From Candidatus Poribacteria bacterium (GTDB lineage: Bacteria > Poribacteria > WGA-4E > PCPOR2b), in assembly GCA_965208675.1 (NCBI GenBank), contig OZ242351.1, forward strand, positions 3,136,001-3,200,000: a stretch of 64,000 nt of DNA. The letters are read 5' to 3'. Position 1 is the stretch's first letter. Each line of letters starts with the position of its first letter. Positions 39,376 through 49,635 of the stretch are shown in pieces. Both the position numbers and the translations under genes were made by a program. The notes under the pieces were generated by a model, which did no database searches, was not told where the DNA came from, and was given only the letters and a program-made list of their open reading frames with translations.

Positions 39376-40404
39376 TTAATTGTCCAATCGCACCTGTTTC
39401 ACCCATCCCCAACTCAAGAGCCGCGCCTTGATAGGCGTCACGGAAAACTCCGGAATAAACCCAGGGTCGAACCAAGCTGGAGACCGATTCGGGAAACCGA
39501 TGTCCGGTATCTCTTTCCAGTCGCCTTCTCCGTTGGGGTTGCTAGTAAAAACTACAGCCCTGCCGCCGCCAAAACCCACACCCGCGACCCTTCTGCCATC
39601 TGGTGACCACTCAGGATCACGCTTCACTCCCGCATAACCGATTAGCTCGACTATGTTCCCGCCATCCGCAGCATCCATCACGAAGAGTTGACCGTTCCCC
39701 GGCCGAAAAGAGATCCATGCTATCTTCTCATTATCCGGAGACCACGCAGGTTGGCTGTCTTCCGCTTTATGATTGGTGAGATTGGTCAGGTTTTGACCAT
39801 CGACGTCCATGGTGTAGACATCTCCCAGCGTCCGCCCGCGCTTCGAGCTAAACGCAAGCTTACGGCCGTCCCGCGTCCACGCCGGATGGAGATCGTTGGC
39901 AGGGTCATCTACAAGTTTCTTCTGGATAACTCCATTCGGCGTCATCGTGTAGATGTCAAAATTTCCGTCACGGTTTGTTGAAAATGCAATACGTTGACCG
40001 CTAGGATGCCAGTCGGGCCACGCGTCCTCCGCCTCGTGGTCGGTGAGTCTTTTGAGGTTCGCCCCATCGCCGTCGACAATGTAGATATCAGTGTTCAACT
40101 TCAGATGTGTATGAAAAACCAGTTTTTCGCCGTCCGGCGACCAGTTCAAACTCAAGGGAACTGGATCGCCGCCAACTTCAAGGATAGGGCGTTGATTTTC
40201 CCCATCAGTATCCATCACCCAAATATTCCCGCCCGCTGCATCGCTAGAGACCGCAATGGTCGGGTTTTTGGGCGCCTGTGCCTCAACACTCACGATGCAC
40301 CCTATTCCAATCAAAATGAACATACCGATGTACAGGACATATAGCTTCCGTAATTGCATAGCCGATAACCCCCTTCCGGTACGATTACGGATTATTCTTC
40401 GCAT
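39376..40404 (-). CDS. Secreted TolB-like beta-propeller, array member 3
   Basis: PD40 repeats; FSVTPIKARLLSWGWVK; start probably MQLRK. Confidence 0.88.
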   Translation of the reverse strand: MRRIIRNRTGRGLSAMQLRKLYVLYIGMFILIGIGCIVSVEAQAPKNPTIAVSSDAAGGNIWVMDTDGENQRPILEVGGDPVPLSLNWSPDGEKLVFHTHLKLNTDIYIVDGDGANLKRLTDHEAEDAWPDWHPSGQRIAFSTNRDGNFDIYTMTPNGVIQKKLVDDPANDLHPAWTRDGRKLAFSSKRGRTLGDVYTMDVDGQNLTNLTNHKAEDSQPAWSPDNEKIAWISFRPGNGQLFVMDAADGGNIVELIGYAGVKRDPEWSPDGRRVAGVGFGGGRAVVFTSNPNGEGDWKEIPDIGFPNRSPAWFDPGFIPEFSVTPIKARLLSWGWVKQVRLDN

Positions 40405-40481
40405 CGTTAATCGAATCGCTCCGTTTGTGGAAAGGTTTCACATACTTACCGTCACACTTTGCTTCAAAATATGCGCCGAAT

Positions 40482-41327
40482 TTATGCAAGCCCCGTCAGT
40501 TTTTCGCTTAGCTCCCAAAGCCCCTTCTGTAGTTGCGTATCTTTAAATTTGGGCGGTATCGCTTTGAGCTTCTTTTTGTCAAAATATCCGCCGGTAACCC
40601 CTTGAACCTCATCGGAACTCGCCAAATAGATACTGGTCTGCGCGGCCTCTTCCGGGGAATGGGTAAACCTTTTCATGATTTTACTCATCAAGGGTTGGTA
40701 CCACTTCTGCGGATGCACATTCCAAATTCCAGTAGAGGCCTGGCCCGGATGCAATGCGTTTGCCGTGACGCGTGTATCTTTCAAACGCTCCGCAATTTCC
40801 ATGGTGAACAGAACAACAGCCAGTTTGGAAGTCGCATACGCCTTGAAACTCTTATACTTCCTTTGGAAATGTGGATCGTCAAAGTCAATTTTGCCCTGAA
40901 CATACGCATTGGACGCAACGTTCACAATGCGCGCTTCGGGTGCTTGTTTGAGCATTGGCAGTAGCAAATTCGTAAGGAGAAATGGACCCAGATAGTTAAC
41001 TCCCATGGTCGCTTCACATCCATCCGGAGTCTCTTCCCTTTCAGGGCGAAAGATGCCCGCATTATTTATTAACACGTGCAAATGGCTATATCTCTGCGAT
41101 AATTCATCGGCGAACTCACGAATGGAAGCGAGCGATGCCAAATCAACCTGCATCATCTCAACCTTCGTGTTCCCGCTTTCCAGTTTAATCGATTGGTACA
41201 CAGGTCGAGCATCGTTTAGATCGATGCATGCCATGACAATGGCCGCACCTTTTTTAGCGAGAGCTTTGGTAATTTCTCTCCCAATTCCGCCGTCAGCGCC
41301 GGTAATCAGTACCGTTTTTCCTTCCAT
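40482..41327 (-). CDS. SDR oxidoreductase (retinol dehydrogenase-like)
   Basis: TGADGGIG, NNAG, YATSK catalytic motif, LHPG. Confidence 0.92.
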   Translation of the reverse strand: MEGKTVLITGADGGIGREITKALAKKGAAIVMACIDLNDARPVYQSIKLESGNTKVEMMQVDLASLASIREFADELSQRYSHLHVLINNAGIFRPEREETPDGCEATMGVNYLGPFLLTNLLLPMLKQAPEARIVNVASNAYVQGKIDFDDPHFQRKYKSFKAYATSKLAVVLFTMEIAERLKDTRVTANALHPGQASTGIWNVHPQKWYQPLMSKIMKRFTHSPEEAAQTSIYLASSDEVQGVTGGYFDKKKLKAIPPKFKDTQLQKGLWELSEKLTGLA

Positions 41328-41417
41328 CGTTTGCGTGCTTTCTGAAATGAGTTAGTTGAACATCTCCTGCGTAATGCTGTCGATCAACGCGCGCATCGTT
41401 TATCATACGGCAAATTG

Positions 41418-42491
41418 TCAATTACCATGAACTACCCGCTTTATCCAGCTCCAAGTTAAAATGCGCTTAGCCGCAGGGGAAACGGCGAACGCGCCGATGA
41501 AATCAGGGTCGAACCATGCAGGTGACCGAGTTCGTGTACCAATCTGCAACCGCCCTTGCTCTGCTTCATCAGCCCCGGCGATAGCCAAGATAATGAAACT
41601 ATCCCCGCCCCCAGCCGTCACGTAAGCAACCATCTCCCCATCGGGAGACCAAGTAGGCTCAAGTTCCTCCCAATGGTCACGAGGCGCGGCAAAGGCATTG
41701 AGTTTCGCAGCATTCCCGCCGTCGGCGTCCATTAGAAAAATATCACCCGTTCCATCGCGGTGAGATGTCCAGAGAATTTGCGAGCCATCCGGCGACCACT
41801 TGGGTTGCGTATCTAGAGCGCGATGATTGGTGAGATTACGCAAGTCTTCACCATTGGCATCCATCACGAAAAGATCGCCGAGGGTTTTCCCTCGCTTAGA
41901 AGAGAAGACAATGCTTCGGCCATCCGGCGACCAAGCGGGGTCAATGTCGATGACAGGGTCATTTGTTAGGTTTTCGATGCCTTCACCCTCCGCCGTCATC
42001 ACGTAAATTTCAAAATTGCCGTCCCGGTCAGACGTGAAGATAATTCGCTGGTTGCCGGGGTGCCATTGAGGCCAACTGTCTTCTGCAGGCGCTTCGGTGA
42101 GCTGTTTGAGATTCCGCCCATCGGCGTTCATCACATAGATGTCAACATTTCCATTTACTTCGGTGTGAAACGCCAGTTTTCGGCCATCCGGCGACCACGC
42201 CAATCCTAGCGGCAACGGGTTTCCACTTATATCTAGAATGGCGCGTTGGTCCGCTCCATCAGGGGCAATCAACCAAATCGTGCCTCCCTCGCGCGGGTCA
42301 GCGGAAACCGCGATAGTCGGTTTGTCGGGCGCTTTCTGTGCTAGCGCAATCGCCGGCAGGATGATGGTCGCCAAGAAAACCAGACCGGCGCATACTTTCC
42401 GCATGGTCGAATTTCGGAGGTCTTGCATCTGCGCATTCCCTATCTCGCCCGCGCTAGCCCAACGCCAAAAAGCCTCACCTTCCCGCCGCAC
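41418..42491 (-). CDS. Secreted TolB-like beta-propeller, array member 2
   Basis: PD40 repeats; FAVSPAAKRILTWSWIK; start probably MQDLR or MRKVC. Confidence 0.88.
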   Translation of the reverse strand: MRREGEAFWRWASAGEIGNAQMQDLRNSTMRKVCAGLVFLATIILPAIALAQKAPDKPTIAVSADPREGGTIWLIAPDGADQRAILDISGNPLPLGLAWSPDGRKLAFHTEVNGNVDIYVMNADGRNLKQLTEAPAEDSWPQWHPGNQRIIFTSDRDGNFEIYVMTAEGEGIENLTNDPVIDIDPAWSPDGRSIVFSSKRGKTLGDLFVMDANGEDLRNLTNHRALDTQPKWSPDGSQILWTSHRDGTGDIFLMDADGGNAAKLNAFAAPRDHWEELEPTWSPDGEMVAYVTAGGGDSFIILAIAGADEAEQGRLQIGTRTRSPAWFDPDFIGAFAVSPAAKRILTWSWIKRVVHGN

Positions 42492-42540
42492 GCCGCGGGG
42501 AAGTTTCCCCAGTGCCCTTGCACGCTAGCACCAGCGGTCA

Positions 42541-43572
42541 TCAATTGCCTCGTCTTAACTGTTTAAGCCACCCCCACGCCAACGGTCGTTTCTCAACCGG
42601 TGAAACGGAAAACGCTCGGACAAAATCAGGATCAAACCAAGCTGGAGAGCCGTGGATTACCCCGATGTCCGGCAACATCGGGTGTGCGACTAGCTCATCA
42701 TCTTTGTCTACCTCCGCGATAAAGATGGGACTGCGGCTGATGTAGACTACCTTTTTACTGTCAGGCGACCACGAAACCTCGCGGTCATCCCATTGTCCAA
42801 TAGCGTCTTTCCGAACCCCGGAAATCTGCCTGAGATTCTCGCCCTGGGGATCCATCACGAAGATATCGCCGTTTCCATTCCTTTGCGAGGACCAAACAAT
42901 CCACTTGCCGTCCGGTGACCACTTCGGTTGGATTTCCTTCCCGCGAGTGTTCGTCAGATTCCGCGGCTCATCTCCATTCGCTTCCATCGCCCAGATGTCA
43001 CCAAGCGATTTACCCCGCTTGGTAGCAAACGCTATCTGCCGGCCGTCCGGTGACCAGGTGGGTTGAGTGTCCGGGGCGGGGTCGTTTGTGAGGTTTTCCA
43101 AAACCTTACCCACTAGATTCATCACCTGGATTTCAAGGTTTCCATCCCTGTCGGACGCGAACGCAAGCCGCTTGCCGCTAGGGTGCCACGTCGGCCAGCT
43201 ATCTTCCCCCTCATGGTCAGTTAGTCTTTTGAGTTTTTCGCCGTCGCCGTCCATCACGTAGACATCCACATTCTTTCCCACTTGGGTGTGGAACGCAATC
43301 TGGCTGCCGTCCGGCGACCACTCCATCCCCCAAGACAGCGGAGCGCCTTCGATTTTCAGAATTGAGCGCGGGTCGCCGCCATCGGGGTCTATATACCATA
43401 TTGCATTATTGCCTCCTGAATCGCTGGAGACTGCGATGGTCGGTTTTTCAGGTGCCTGCGCTTCGGTACCCGCCGCGAGCACGGCGTGAATCAACAACAG
43501 TATGCTGAAGTACACAGTCGGCATTGACGCTTCTCGGGACAGCATTTTTATCACCTCATTACAGATTTTCAA
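42541..43572 (-). CDS. Secreted TolB-like beta-propeller, array member 1
   Basis: PD40 repeats; FSVSPVEKRPLAWGWLK; start probably MLSRE (RBS GAGGTG). Confidence 0.88.
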   Translation of the reverse strand: MKICNEVIKMLSREASMPTVYFSILLLIHAVLAAGTEAQAPEKPTIAVSSDSGGNNAIWYIDPDGGDPRSILKIEGAPLSWGMEWSPDGSQIAFHTQVGKNVDVYVMDGDGEKLKRLTDHEGEDSWPTWHPSGKRLAFASDRDGNLEIQVMNLVGKVLENLTNDPAPDTQPTWSPDGRQIAFATKRGKSLGDIWAMEANGDEPRNLTNTRGKEIQPKWSPDGKWIVWSSQRNGNGDIFVMDPQGENLRQISGVRKDAIGQWDDREVSWSPDSKKVVYISRSPIFIAEVDKDDELVAHPMLPDIGVIHGSPAWFDPDFVRAFSVSPVEKRPLAWGWLKQLRRGN

Positions 43573-43705
43573 TACGCGGCTTTTAATTTCCTAGCCTTTG
43601 ACCTTACCGGTTGTGGACATTCGGCCTCTTGAGTTCAATTTGTCAGCAGAAATGTTGTCAGGTTTGGCGCTGCACGCGCCTACTCAAGACTCAAAGTGAG
43701 CGCCC

Positions 43706-44119
43706 CTAGCTCACCTCGTTATCATCCACCACACAACCAATTACCGCCGCCACCAGCGGTTCATCACCTATCGCGGTGATGTCGTGTTCGACCTTCGCCG
43801 GCATGTATGCGGAACTGCCCGGCCCCACAATCTTTTTCTCATCACCCACAGTAATTTCCGCCTTGCCCGCGAAAACGTAATAGCACTGTTCCCATTTGGG
43901 ATGGTGGTGACTGCCGTGTGTCTTGCCCGGCGGCCATGTATGAATGCCAATCATCAATCGATTTGTCGAAAGCTGATTCAATTCCTGCCCGTATAATTCA
44001 TCAGGCCCCGCGATAATTACCGAATACCCCGCCTCTTCATGAGCAATCCCCGGGACCGTGTCATCGCCAAATCCCGTGAAAGTGCCTTTTGAATCCTCTG
44101 GAGTGCGAATGTATTTCAT
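43706..44119 (-). CDS. Cupin domain protein
   Basis: HHHPKWEQCYYVFAG..YMPAKVEH cupin motifs. Confidence 0.85.
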   Translation of the reverse strand: MKYIRTPEDSKGTFTGFGDDTVPGIAHEEAGYSVIIAGPDELYGQELNQLSTNRLMIGIHTWPPGKTHGSHHHPKWEQCYYVFAGKAEITVGDEKKIVGPGSSAYMPAKVEHDITAIGDEPLVAAVIGCVVDDNEVS

Positions 44120-44378
44120 CTTGATTCTCCCCCTTGTATACAGCAAAATCCATCACCACAACCAACCCACTGTAGAAGCAATCTCCGAATCGAGACAGCT
44201 CCGCTCATAAAAACCTCGCAGCCGCCGCTCGGCACTTGGAAATGTCAAGCATACAATTTAAACGAATCAACCGTGTAAATAACAAGGGATCAAGCGAACG
44301 AATAGTGAGTGCGATAGATTTCCACAACCTTAACTGCCAGTAATTACTATCACGCTCACCATCCATTCGTTTAATTGG

Positions 44379-46379
44379 TTAATCCCGGTTCTGTTCCTGT
44401 CGTGCCTTTTGAATCGCTTTAAGACCCTCTTGATAGGTTCGGTTTTCCGGCTGCAAGGAGAGCGCTTGTTGAATGGCGTCCTCCGCATTCGCATAGTCGT
44501 CGTTCCGGTAATGCAACCACGACAGCGTATTTAAATAACGGGCTGAATCCGGTTGAAGTTCGATAGCCTTTTCCGCAAGTGCTAACGCCTTTTCGAGGTG
44601 CGCGTCCCGGGACCCGTATAAATGCGCCAACCGTTCATATGCAGGGTCAAAAGCAGGGTTCAGTTCAATCGCACGCTGATATGCCTGTTCTGCCAAGCCA
44701 ACCCGGTTCTGCCCTGAATGGACTAGACCGAGGTAATAGTGCGCCTCAAACATGTCCGGTTGCAGCGCTACCGCAGTATTCAGGCGTTCCGCCGCCGCAT
44801 CAATCTGATTTTGACTCAAAAAAATTCTACCGAGGAAATAGTGCGCCTCAATCATTTCCGGCTGTAACCTCACCGCGGCCTCGAAGCTGTTCACCGCTGC
44901 ATCAAATTGACTCTTATCCAGCGCGATGAGACCTAGTCTATAGTATGGCTCCGCGAGACTTGGGTCTTGCTTGATAACTTCCCGGTAATGACCTGCAGCG
45001 AGCTGAAAATCCCCCTGTTTAAAATAAGCATGCGCCAGTCTTAAGCGAATCTGTAATCGATCTGGTTCAAGAGTCAGAAGTTTTTCGTAAGCCGCTTGAG
45101 ACTCTTCGAATAGTTCAAGTTGAAATGCGATACTACCAATATTCAGCCACGTCTGCGGGCTGTCCGGCTTCAACCCGGCCGCCTTGCGATAGGAAGAAAT
45201 CGCCTTTTCATAGTCTTCCCGCCGGTCTGAGCTTTGCGCCTTTTTTAGCCAAACCAGCCCCAACCCACTGTGCACGGAAGCCATATCGGGCTTCAACTCG
45301 ACCGCGCGCTGCTGCGCCTTAAGCGCCTCTTCCAGTTGTCCTCGGGTAGAATAGATATAACCTAGCCCGTTATGCACTGCTGCGATATCCGGATCGTGCC
45401 AAAGTGCTTGTTCAAATTGCTGCAGCGCCGCATCGAGTTTTTTTTCGTGAATGTATTTCCAGCCCAGATTCGACAACGCGGCGGCTTTTTCCCTCCCTTG
45501 AGATGCACGCAGAACCGCGAGTTCATCTACCTGATCGTCCCGCAATTGCCGGAACTTCTTCATCTCCGCTTCTGCTTCCGCTTTTTTGCCCTGCTTAAAA
45601 TGCAGCAGCGCAAGCCGGTAGTATGCGCTAGTCAATTGAGAGTCAAGACGAATTGCCTCCTGAAACGCACGCTCCGCTTCACTGCCCTCCTCCTTCCGGA
45701 TGTGGACCAGTCCAAGCCGGAAATGCGCTTCCGCCAAAGAAGGTTCCAAGCGAATCGATTGCCGGTAGTATGCAGCCGCCTGATCAACCCGCCCATACTC
45801 AAATGCGACTCGGCCTAGAAAGTAACTCACCATGCCCGCGGTCAGCGGACTCATCCGAGATTGCCGCTGGATAACTGAGGACGGTTCAAGCCGATAGTTT
45901 CGAGATTTCGACGTCGTCATCAGGTTAAACGCCTTTTTCCATGCGGTTTCCGCTTCATCATATTCGTGCTGCCGAAACCAAGCCATCCCCAACTGTGCAT
46001 AGGCTTGAGCCCAATCAGGAAAGTACCGAATGGCTTGTTCAAATACATCTATGGCTTTTTCGTAGTGCCGCTGCCGCAAATGGGTTCCCCCCAAGCAGTA
46101 GTAAGCAGCCGTGTCATTCGGATCCAATCGCAGCGCGCCTTTGAACGTTTCTGCCGCTTCGTCCATAGCGCCCAACGACACATACGCTAGGCCCAGGTTC
46201 AGGTGGGCATCAATAGATCCTGGATTCGCATCGCGTATTTGCTGATATTGAGCAACTGCCTTGTCAAAACGAGATTTACCCTGGGCTGCCGCCATCTTGC
46301 CAAAATTCAGCAAGATAACTGTAAAAAAAGCGCCGATGATGAAATAGGTACAATTTCTTGAAGGCGAGTGATAATTCAA
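44379..46379 (-). CDS. Secreted multi-TPR protein
   Basis: Many AHYxLG/ALxLxP TPR units after a signal peptide. Confidence 0.9.
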   Translation of the reverse strand: MNYHSPSRNCTYFIIGAFFTVILLNFGKMAAAQGKSRFDKAVAQYQQIRDANPGSIDAHLNLGLAYVSLGAMDEAAETFKGALRLDPNDTAAYYCLGGTHLRQRHYEKAIDVFEQAIRYFPDWAQAYAQLGMAWFRQHEYDEAETAWKKAFNLMTTSKSRNYRLEPSSVIQRQSRMSPLTAGMVSYFLGRVAFEYGRVDQAAAYYRQSIRLEPSLAEAHFRLGLVHIRKEEGSEAERAFQEAIRLDSQLTSAYYRLALLHFKQGKKAEAEAEMKKFRQLRDDQVDELAVLRASQGREKAAALSNLGWKYIHEKKLDAALQQFEQALWHDPDIAAVHNGLGYIYSTRGQLEEALKAQQRAVELKPDMASVHSGLGLVWLKKAQSSDRREDYEKAISSYRKAAGLKPDSPQTWLNIGSIAFQLELFEESQAAYEKLLTLEPDRLQIRLRLAHAYFKQGDFQLAAGHYREVIKQDPSLAEPYYRLGLIALDKSQFDAAVNSFEAAVRLQPEMIEAHYFLGRIFLSQNQIDAAAERLNTAVALQPDMFEAHYYLGLVHSGQNRVGLAEQAYQRAIELNPAFDPAYERLAHLYGSRDAHLEKALALAEKAIELQPDSARYLNTLSWLHYRNDDYANAEDAIQQALSLQPENRTYQEGLKAIQKARQEQNRD

Positions 46380-46540
46380 GGCCGTCCCTCAACTCCGCAC
46401 CTGAACACGGTGCACGTTTCGCATCTCAGAGTGGCAAAAAACACCCCTCCAAATCCATGTGCGCTTGAACGCATTGCACTATCCGTTTCTTATTCTCTAG
46501 CAACGCTTATCCGGGGTAATATTGAGGTGCTAAACTATGC

Positions 46541-47383
46541 CTATCCGGTTGACGCGGGAACTTGTCTATGAAATCCTTTGGGTTTCCACATGATTGGATA
46601 ACCCGGCGGCCAACCTTCGCCGCCCAAAACCGCTTTGAATTCATCAGTTAATCCGCAGAGCCAGTAAAACATCTCCGCAGCGTCATACCAATCGCGAAAC
46701 TGCTGCCGAAAGTTGGGACCGTCTAGACTGTATATAGGGGTGTGATCGTGCCCGAAGTCAAAGTCGGGTTCGATAATCCAATCCCGCTGCGGCGGCGTCG
46801 TTCGCCAGTAGCAGTATTTCAGCATATTACGAATACCGCTTGCTGTGGACGCCGAACGGCGATGCCATATCGAATAAACCGTGAGAAAAATCGATCCTGC
46901 GGGCGCGGCGGTTTTAACCCTGCCTTGAATCCCCCCGTAGTGCGACATCCAACTCTGTAAGCAAAAGAAAAAATGGGAACCCGGCACCACTTCCGTGGGT
47001 CCCATCTCCACCGGTGCATCCTGCGGGTAATAGAATACCTGCAAATGATTCAGTTCCGGCGCATAACGTGAGCCGCCGTCGCGGTGCCAATTCTGATTTG
47101 GAGCCGGGCATTCCATTCGATGGTTAGCCATCCCCTTGGGTAGCGCAAAGTTCTTGCCCAGCAATGAACGCACCGCACCCGCTGCCTGGTGATTGAGCAG
47201 CACCTCGTCCACAAACCACTCCTCCTGCAGAAGGGGGCCGTGGCCATGGTTTTCAATGAATTCAAACGTTTTCCGGTTAATCTCATCTGGAACAACGGCC
47301 TCCAACATTACATAGCCGTTCTTGCAGAATTCCAATACCTGCGTATCGGTCAAGGTTGGTTCACAGTCGTTCGTACTTTTCAA
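46541..47383 (-). CDS. Phytanoyl-CoA dioxygenase (PhyH) family Fe(II)/2OG oxygenase
   Basis: WHRD, GPTEVVPGSH, IWHR..R; RBS GGAGG. Confidence 0.88.
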   Translation of the reverse strand: MKSTNDCEPTLTDTQVLEFCKNGYVMLEAVVPDEINRKTFEFIENHGHGPLLQEEWFVDEVLLNHQAAGAVRSLLGKNFALPKGMANHRMECPAPNQNWHRDGGSRYAPELNHLQVFYYPQDAPVEMGPTEVVPGSHFFFCLQSWMSHYGGIQGRVKTAAPAGSIFLTVYSIWHRRSASTASGIRNMLKYCYWRTTPPQRDWIIEPDFDFGHDHTPIYSLDGPNFRQQFRDWYDAAEMFYWLCGLTDEFKAVLGGEGWPPGYPIMWKPKGFHRQVPASTG

Positions 47384-47404
47384 AGTAAGCCTCCTCCAAA
47401 CAAA

Positions 47405-47433
47405 ATTTTACACGAATTTCAGCTTTTTGTCAA
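47405..47433 (-). promoter_or_regulatory. sigma-70 promoter of the PhyH gene
   Basis: TTGACA-N17-TAAAAT. Confidence 0.7.
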
Positions 47434-47811
47434 GATCAGCAAACTACATCAATACACTGAAGGATTTTTTTTGAAATTTCTAGCGGCATACACTTCAATT
47501 GCCATGGCATCTAAAATGATAAAATTCCCTTATCGGTTTGAGGGAGAGGCTTCCTAGCCTCGATTCTTAATCACTTCTCGTGTAAATATCCACCCAGAAG
47601 ATTCCAATTCAGCACTAACTCCGAATTTTGCTCAGAATGGCAAAACCGAATTTCTATTGCAATAGGAAGCCGTTCCACGTATAATATTTCGCTTAAAGAC
47701 TGTAGGAGCGATCTCCGAATCGCGACTTCTTCATTCGCAAGAACTACGTCCAAATCGCAGCATCTTAATACCTAGAAACTTTCCCCGAACCGCGGCATTT
47801 ATTTTAAACTC

Positions 47812-49572
47812 ATGCAAATCTCGCTCCAATGTTTTCCCTCCCAAATGCCAGCCAATAACCGCAGTTGGTTCACAAAACTCGGCACACGCGTTCAATTCAA
47901 CGACTACAGCTTCTTGTTCACAATCTATTGCTTAACGTTTTTTCTTGCCAGCACATTCGCCACGGCGGATGCCGACGTTCAATTCGTCGATGTTACGCAA
48001 TCTGCAGGCATCCATTTTACCCATGTCGATGGGCGAAGCGGACAAAAATTTTTCATGGAAACCATTGGTTCCGGCGCTGCATTTTTTGACTATGACAATG
48101 ATGGATACCCGGACCTGTATTTCGTAAACGGCGCCCCTTTACCGGGATATCAGAGCACAGAAGCGCCAATCAACCAACTCTACCGAAACAACGGAGATGG
48201 AACCTTTACTGATGTAACCGAAAAGGCAGGCGTAGGCGACACCGGCTACGGGCACGGTTGCGCTGTCGGCGATTACAATGGTGACGGTTATCCCGACCTC
48301 TACGTTACAAACTACGGCGAAAATGTCCTCTTTCGAAACAACGGCGATGGTACTTTCACCGACGTAACAGAGGACGCCCGTGTGGGAGAACCGAAATGGA
48401 GCAGCAGTTGTGCATTCGCCGACTATGACCGCGATGGCGACCTCGACCTCTATGTTGTCAATTATATCGAGTTTAGTATTGAAAACAACCCATGGTGCGG
48501 TCGAAAGGATAAGGGAATCAGGGGCTACTGCCAACCTGACGATTTTCCAGGGCTGCCCGATACACTCTATCAGAATAATGGCGATGGCACATTCACCGAT
48601 GTAACCCGGAATTCTGAAATTTACAATCCGGTCGGGAAAGGCTTGGGGGTGGTGTGGGGCGATTACGACAATGATGGGTATCCGGACATCTACATCGCCA
48701 ATGACTCCACAGAGAACTTCTTATTCAAGAACAAAGGGAACGGCAAATTTGAAGAAGTCGGCTTCTTCATCGGCGTCGCGTTCAGCGACATTGGTGTCGC
48801 CGAGAACGGTATGGGCACAGCTTTTGGCGACTGGGACAACGACGGGTGGCTGGATTTGACTGTCACAAACTACGCAGATCAGGCAAACACGCTCTATCGT
48901 AATGACCAAGCTAGCTTTTTCACCGACGTGTCGTCCGCGTCGAAAACGGCGATCGTTAGCTATCCGTACCTCGGTTGGGCGACAGAATTTATCGACCACG
49001 ACAATGATGGTTACTTAGACCTGTTTGTCGCCAACGGGCACCTCCACGATAATCTCGAAGAGATGGGACAAGACGGCACCTATGTGCAGCGAAACTTCAT
49101 GTTCCGAAATAATCGCGACGGCACTTTCGTTGAAATCTCCAACCAACTAGGTCCCGGCATGCGGCTGGAGGATGTCAGTCGCGGCGCGGCGTTTGCCGAC
49201 TACGATTTGGACGGAGACATTGATATTCTGGTAACCAACTCCAACAGCCGCCCCCGCCTCTTGCGCAATGACGGGGCAAACAAGAACAATTGGTTGGCTG
49301 TCAAGTTAATTGGAACAAATGGAGTCACAGACGCAATCGGTGCGCGTGTGACGCTCGATATGGGTGAATTTTCCCAAATGAAAGAGGTCCGTAGCGGTTC
49401 GGGTTATTTGTCGCAAAACGAACTTAAACTCTTGTTTGGTCTCGGTAAAGCCGCCACTGTCTCGCACATAGAAGTCCAATGGCCAAACGGAGAAAAGCAA
49501 CACCTAAAAAACATCGGCGCGAACCAGTGTATCATTATTACCCAAGGCTGCGGCTGGAAACGAAAAAGATAA
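47812..49572 (+). CDS. CRTAC1-family protein (FG-GAP/VCBS repeats + ASPIC/UnbV domain); start uncertain
   Basis: DYDNDGxxDL repeats; AIGARV..GSGYLSQN..FGLG..WPNG. Confidence 0.9.
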   Translation: MQISLQCFPSQMPANNRSWFTKLGTRVQFNDYSFLFTIYCLTFFLASTFATADADVQFVDVTQSAGIHFTHVDGRSGQKFFMETIGSGAAFFDYDNDGYPDLYFVNGAPLPGYQSTEAPINQLYRNNGDGTFTDVTEKAGVGDTGYGHGCAVGDYNGDGYPDLYVTNYGENVLFRNNGDGTFTDVTEDARVGEPKWSSSCAFADYDRDGDLDLYVVNYIEFSIENNPWCGRKDKGIRGYCQPDDFPGLPDTLYQNNGDGTFTDVTRNSEIYNPVGKGLGVVWGDYDNDGYPDIYIANDSTENFLFKNKGNGKFEEVGFFIGVAFSDIGVAENGMGTAFGDWDNDGWLDLTVTNYADQANTLYRNDQASFFTDVSSASKTAIVSYPYLGWATEFIDHDNDGYLDLFVANGHLHDNLEEMGQDGTYVQRNFMFRNNRDGTFVEISNQLGPGMRLEDVSRGAAFADYDLDGDIDILVTNSNSRPRLLRNDGANKNNWLAVKLIGTNGVTDAIGARVTLDMGEFSQMKEVRSGSGYLSQNELKLLFGLGKAATVSHIEVQWPNGEKQHLKNIGANQCIIITQGCGWKRKR

Positions 49573-49635
49573 CTCATAGCTCAATCCAAATCTATCTTAT
49601 CTCCCGTAGCCAGCATTCCAGAGCGTAAACCCCCT

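Noticed and set aside
33970-43572. Tol-Pal system (tolB)
   Set aside because: No TolB N-terminal domain and no tolQ/tolR/tolA/pal; gene symbol withheld
4441-49503. Numerous antisense or alternate-frame ORFs within WD40, TolB, TPR and enzyme genes (e.g. 25807-26670, 11745-12407, 35394-36044)
   Set aside because: Shadow ORFs of well-supported genes, with no recognisable motifs
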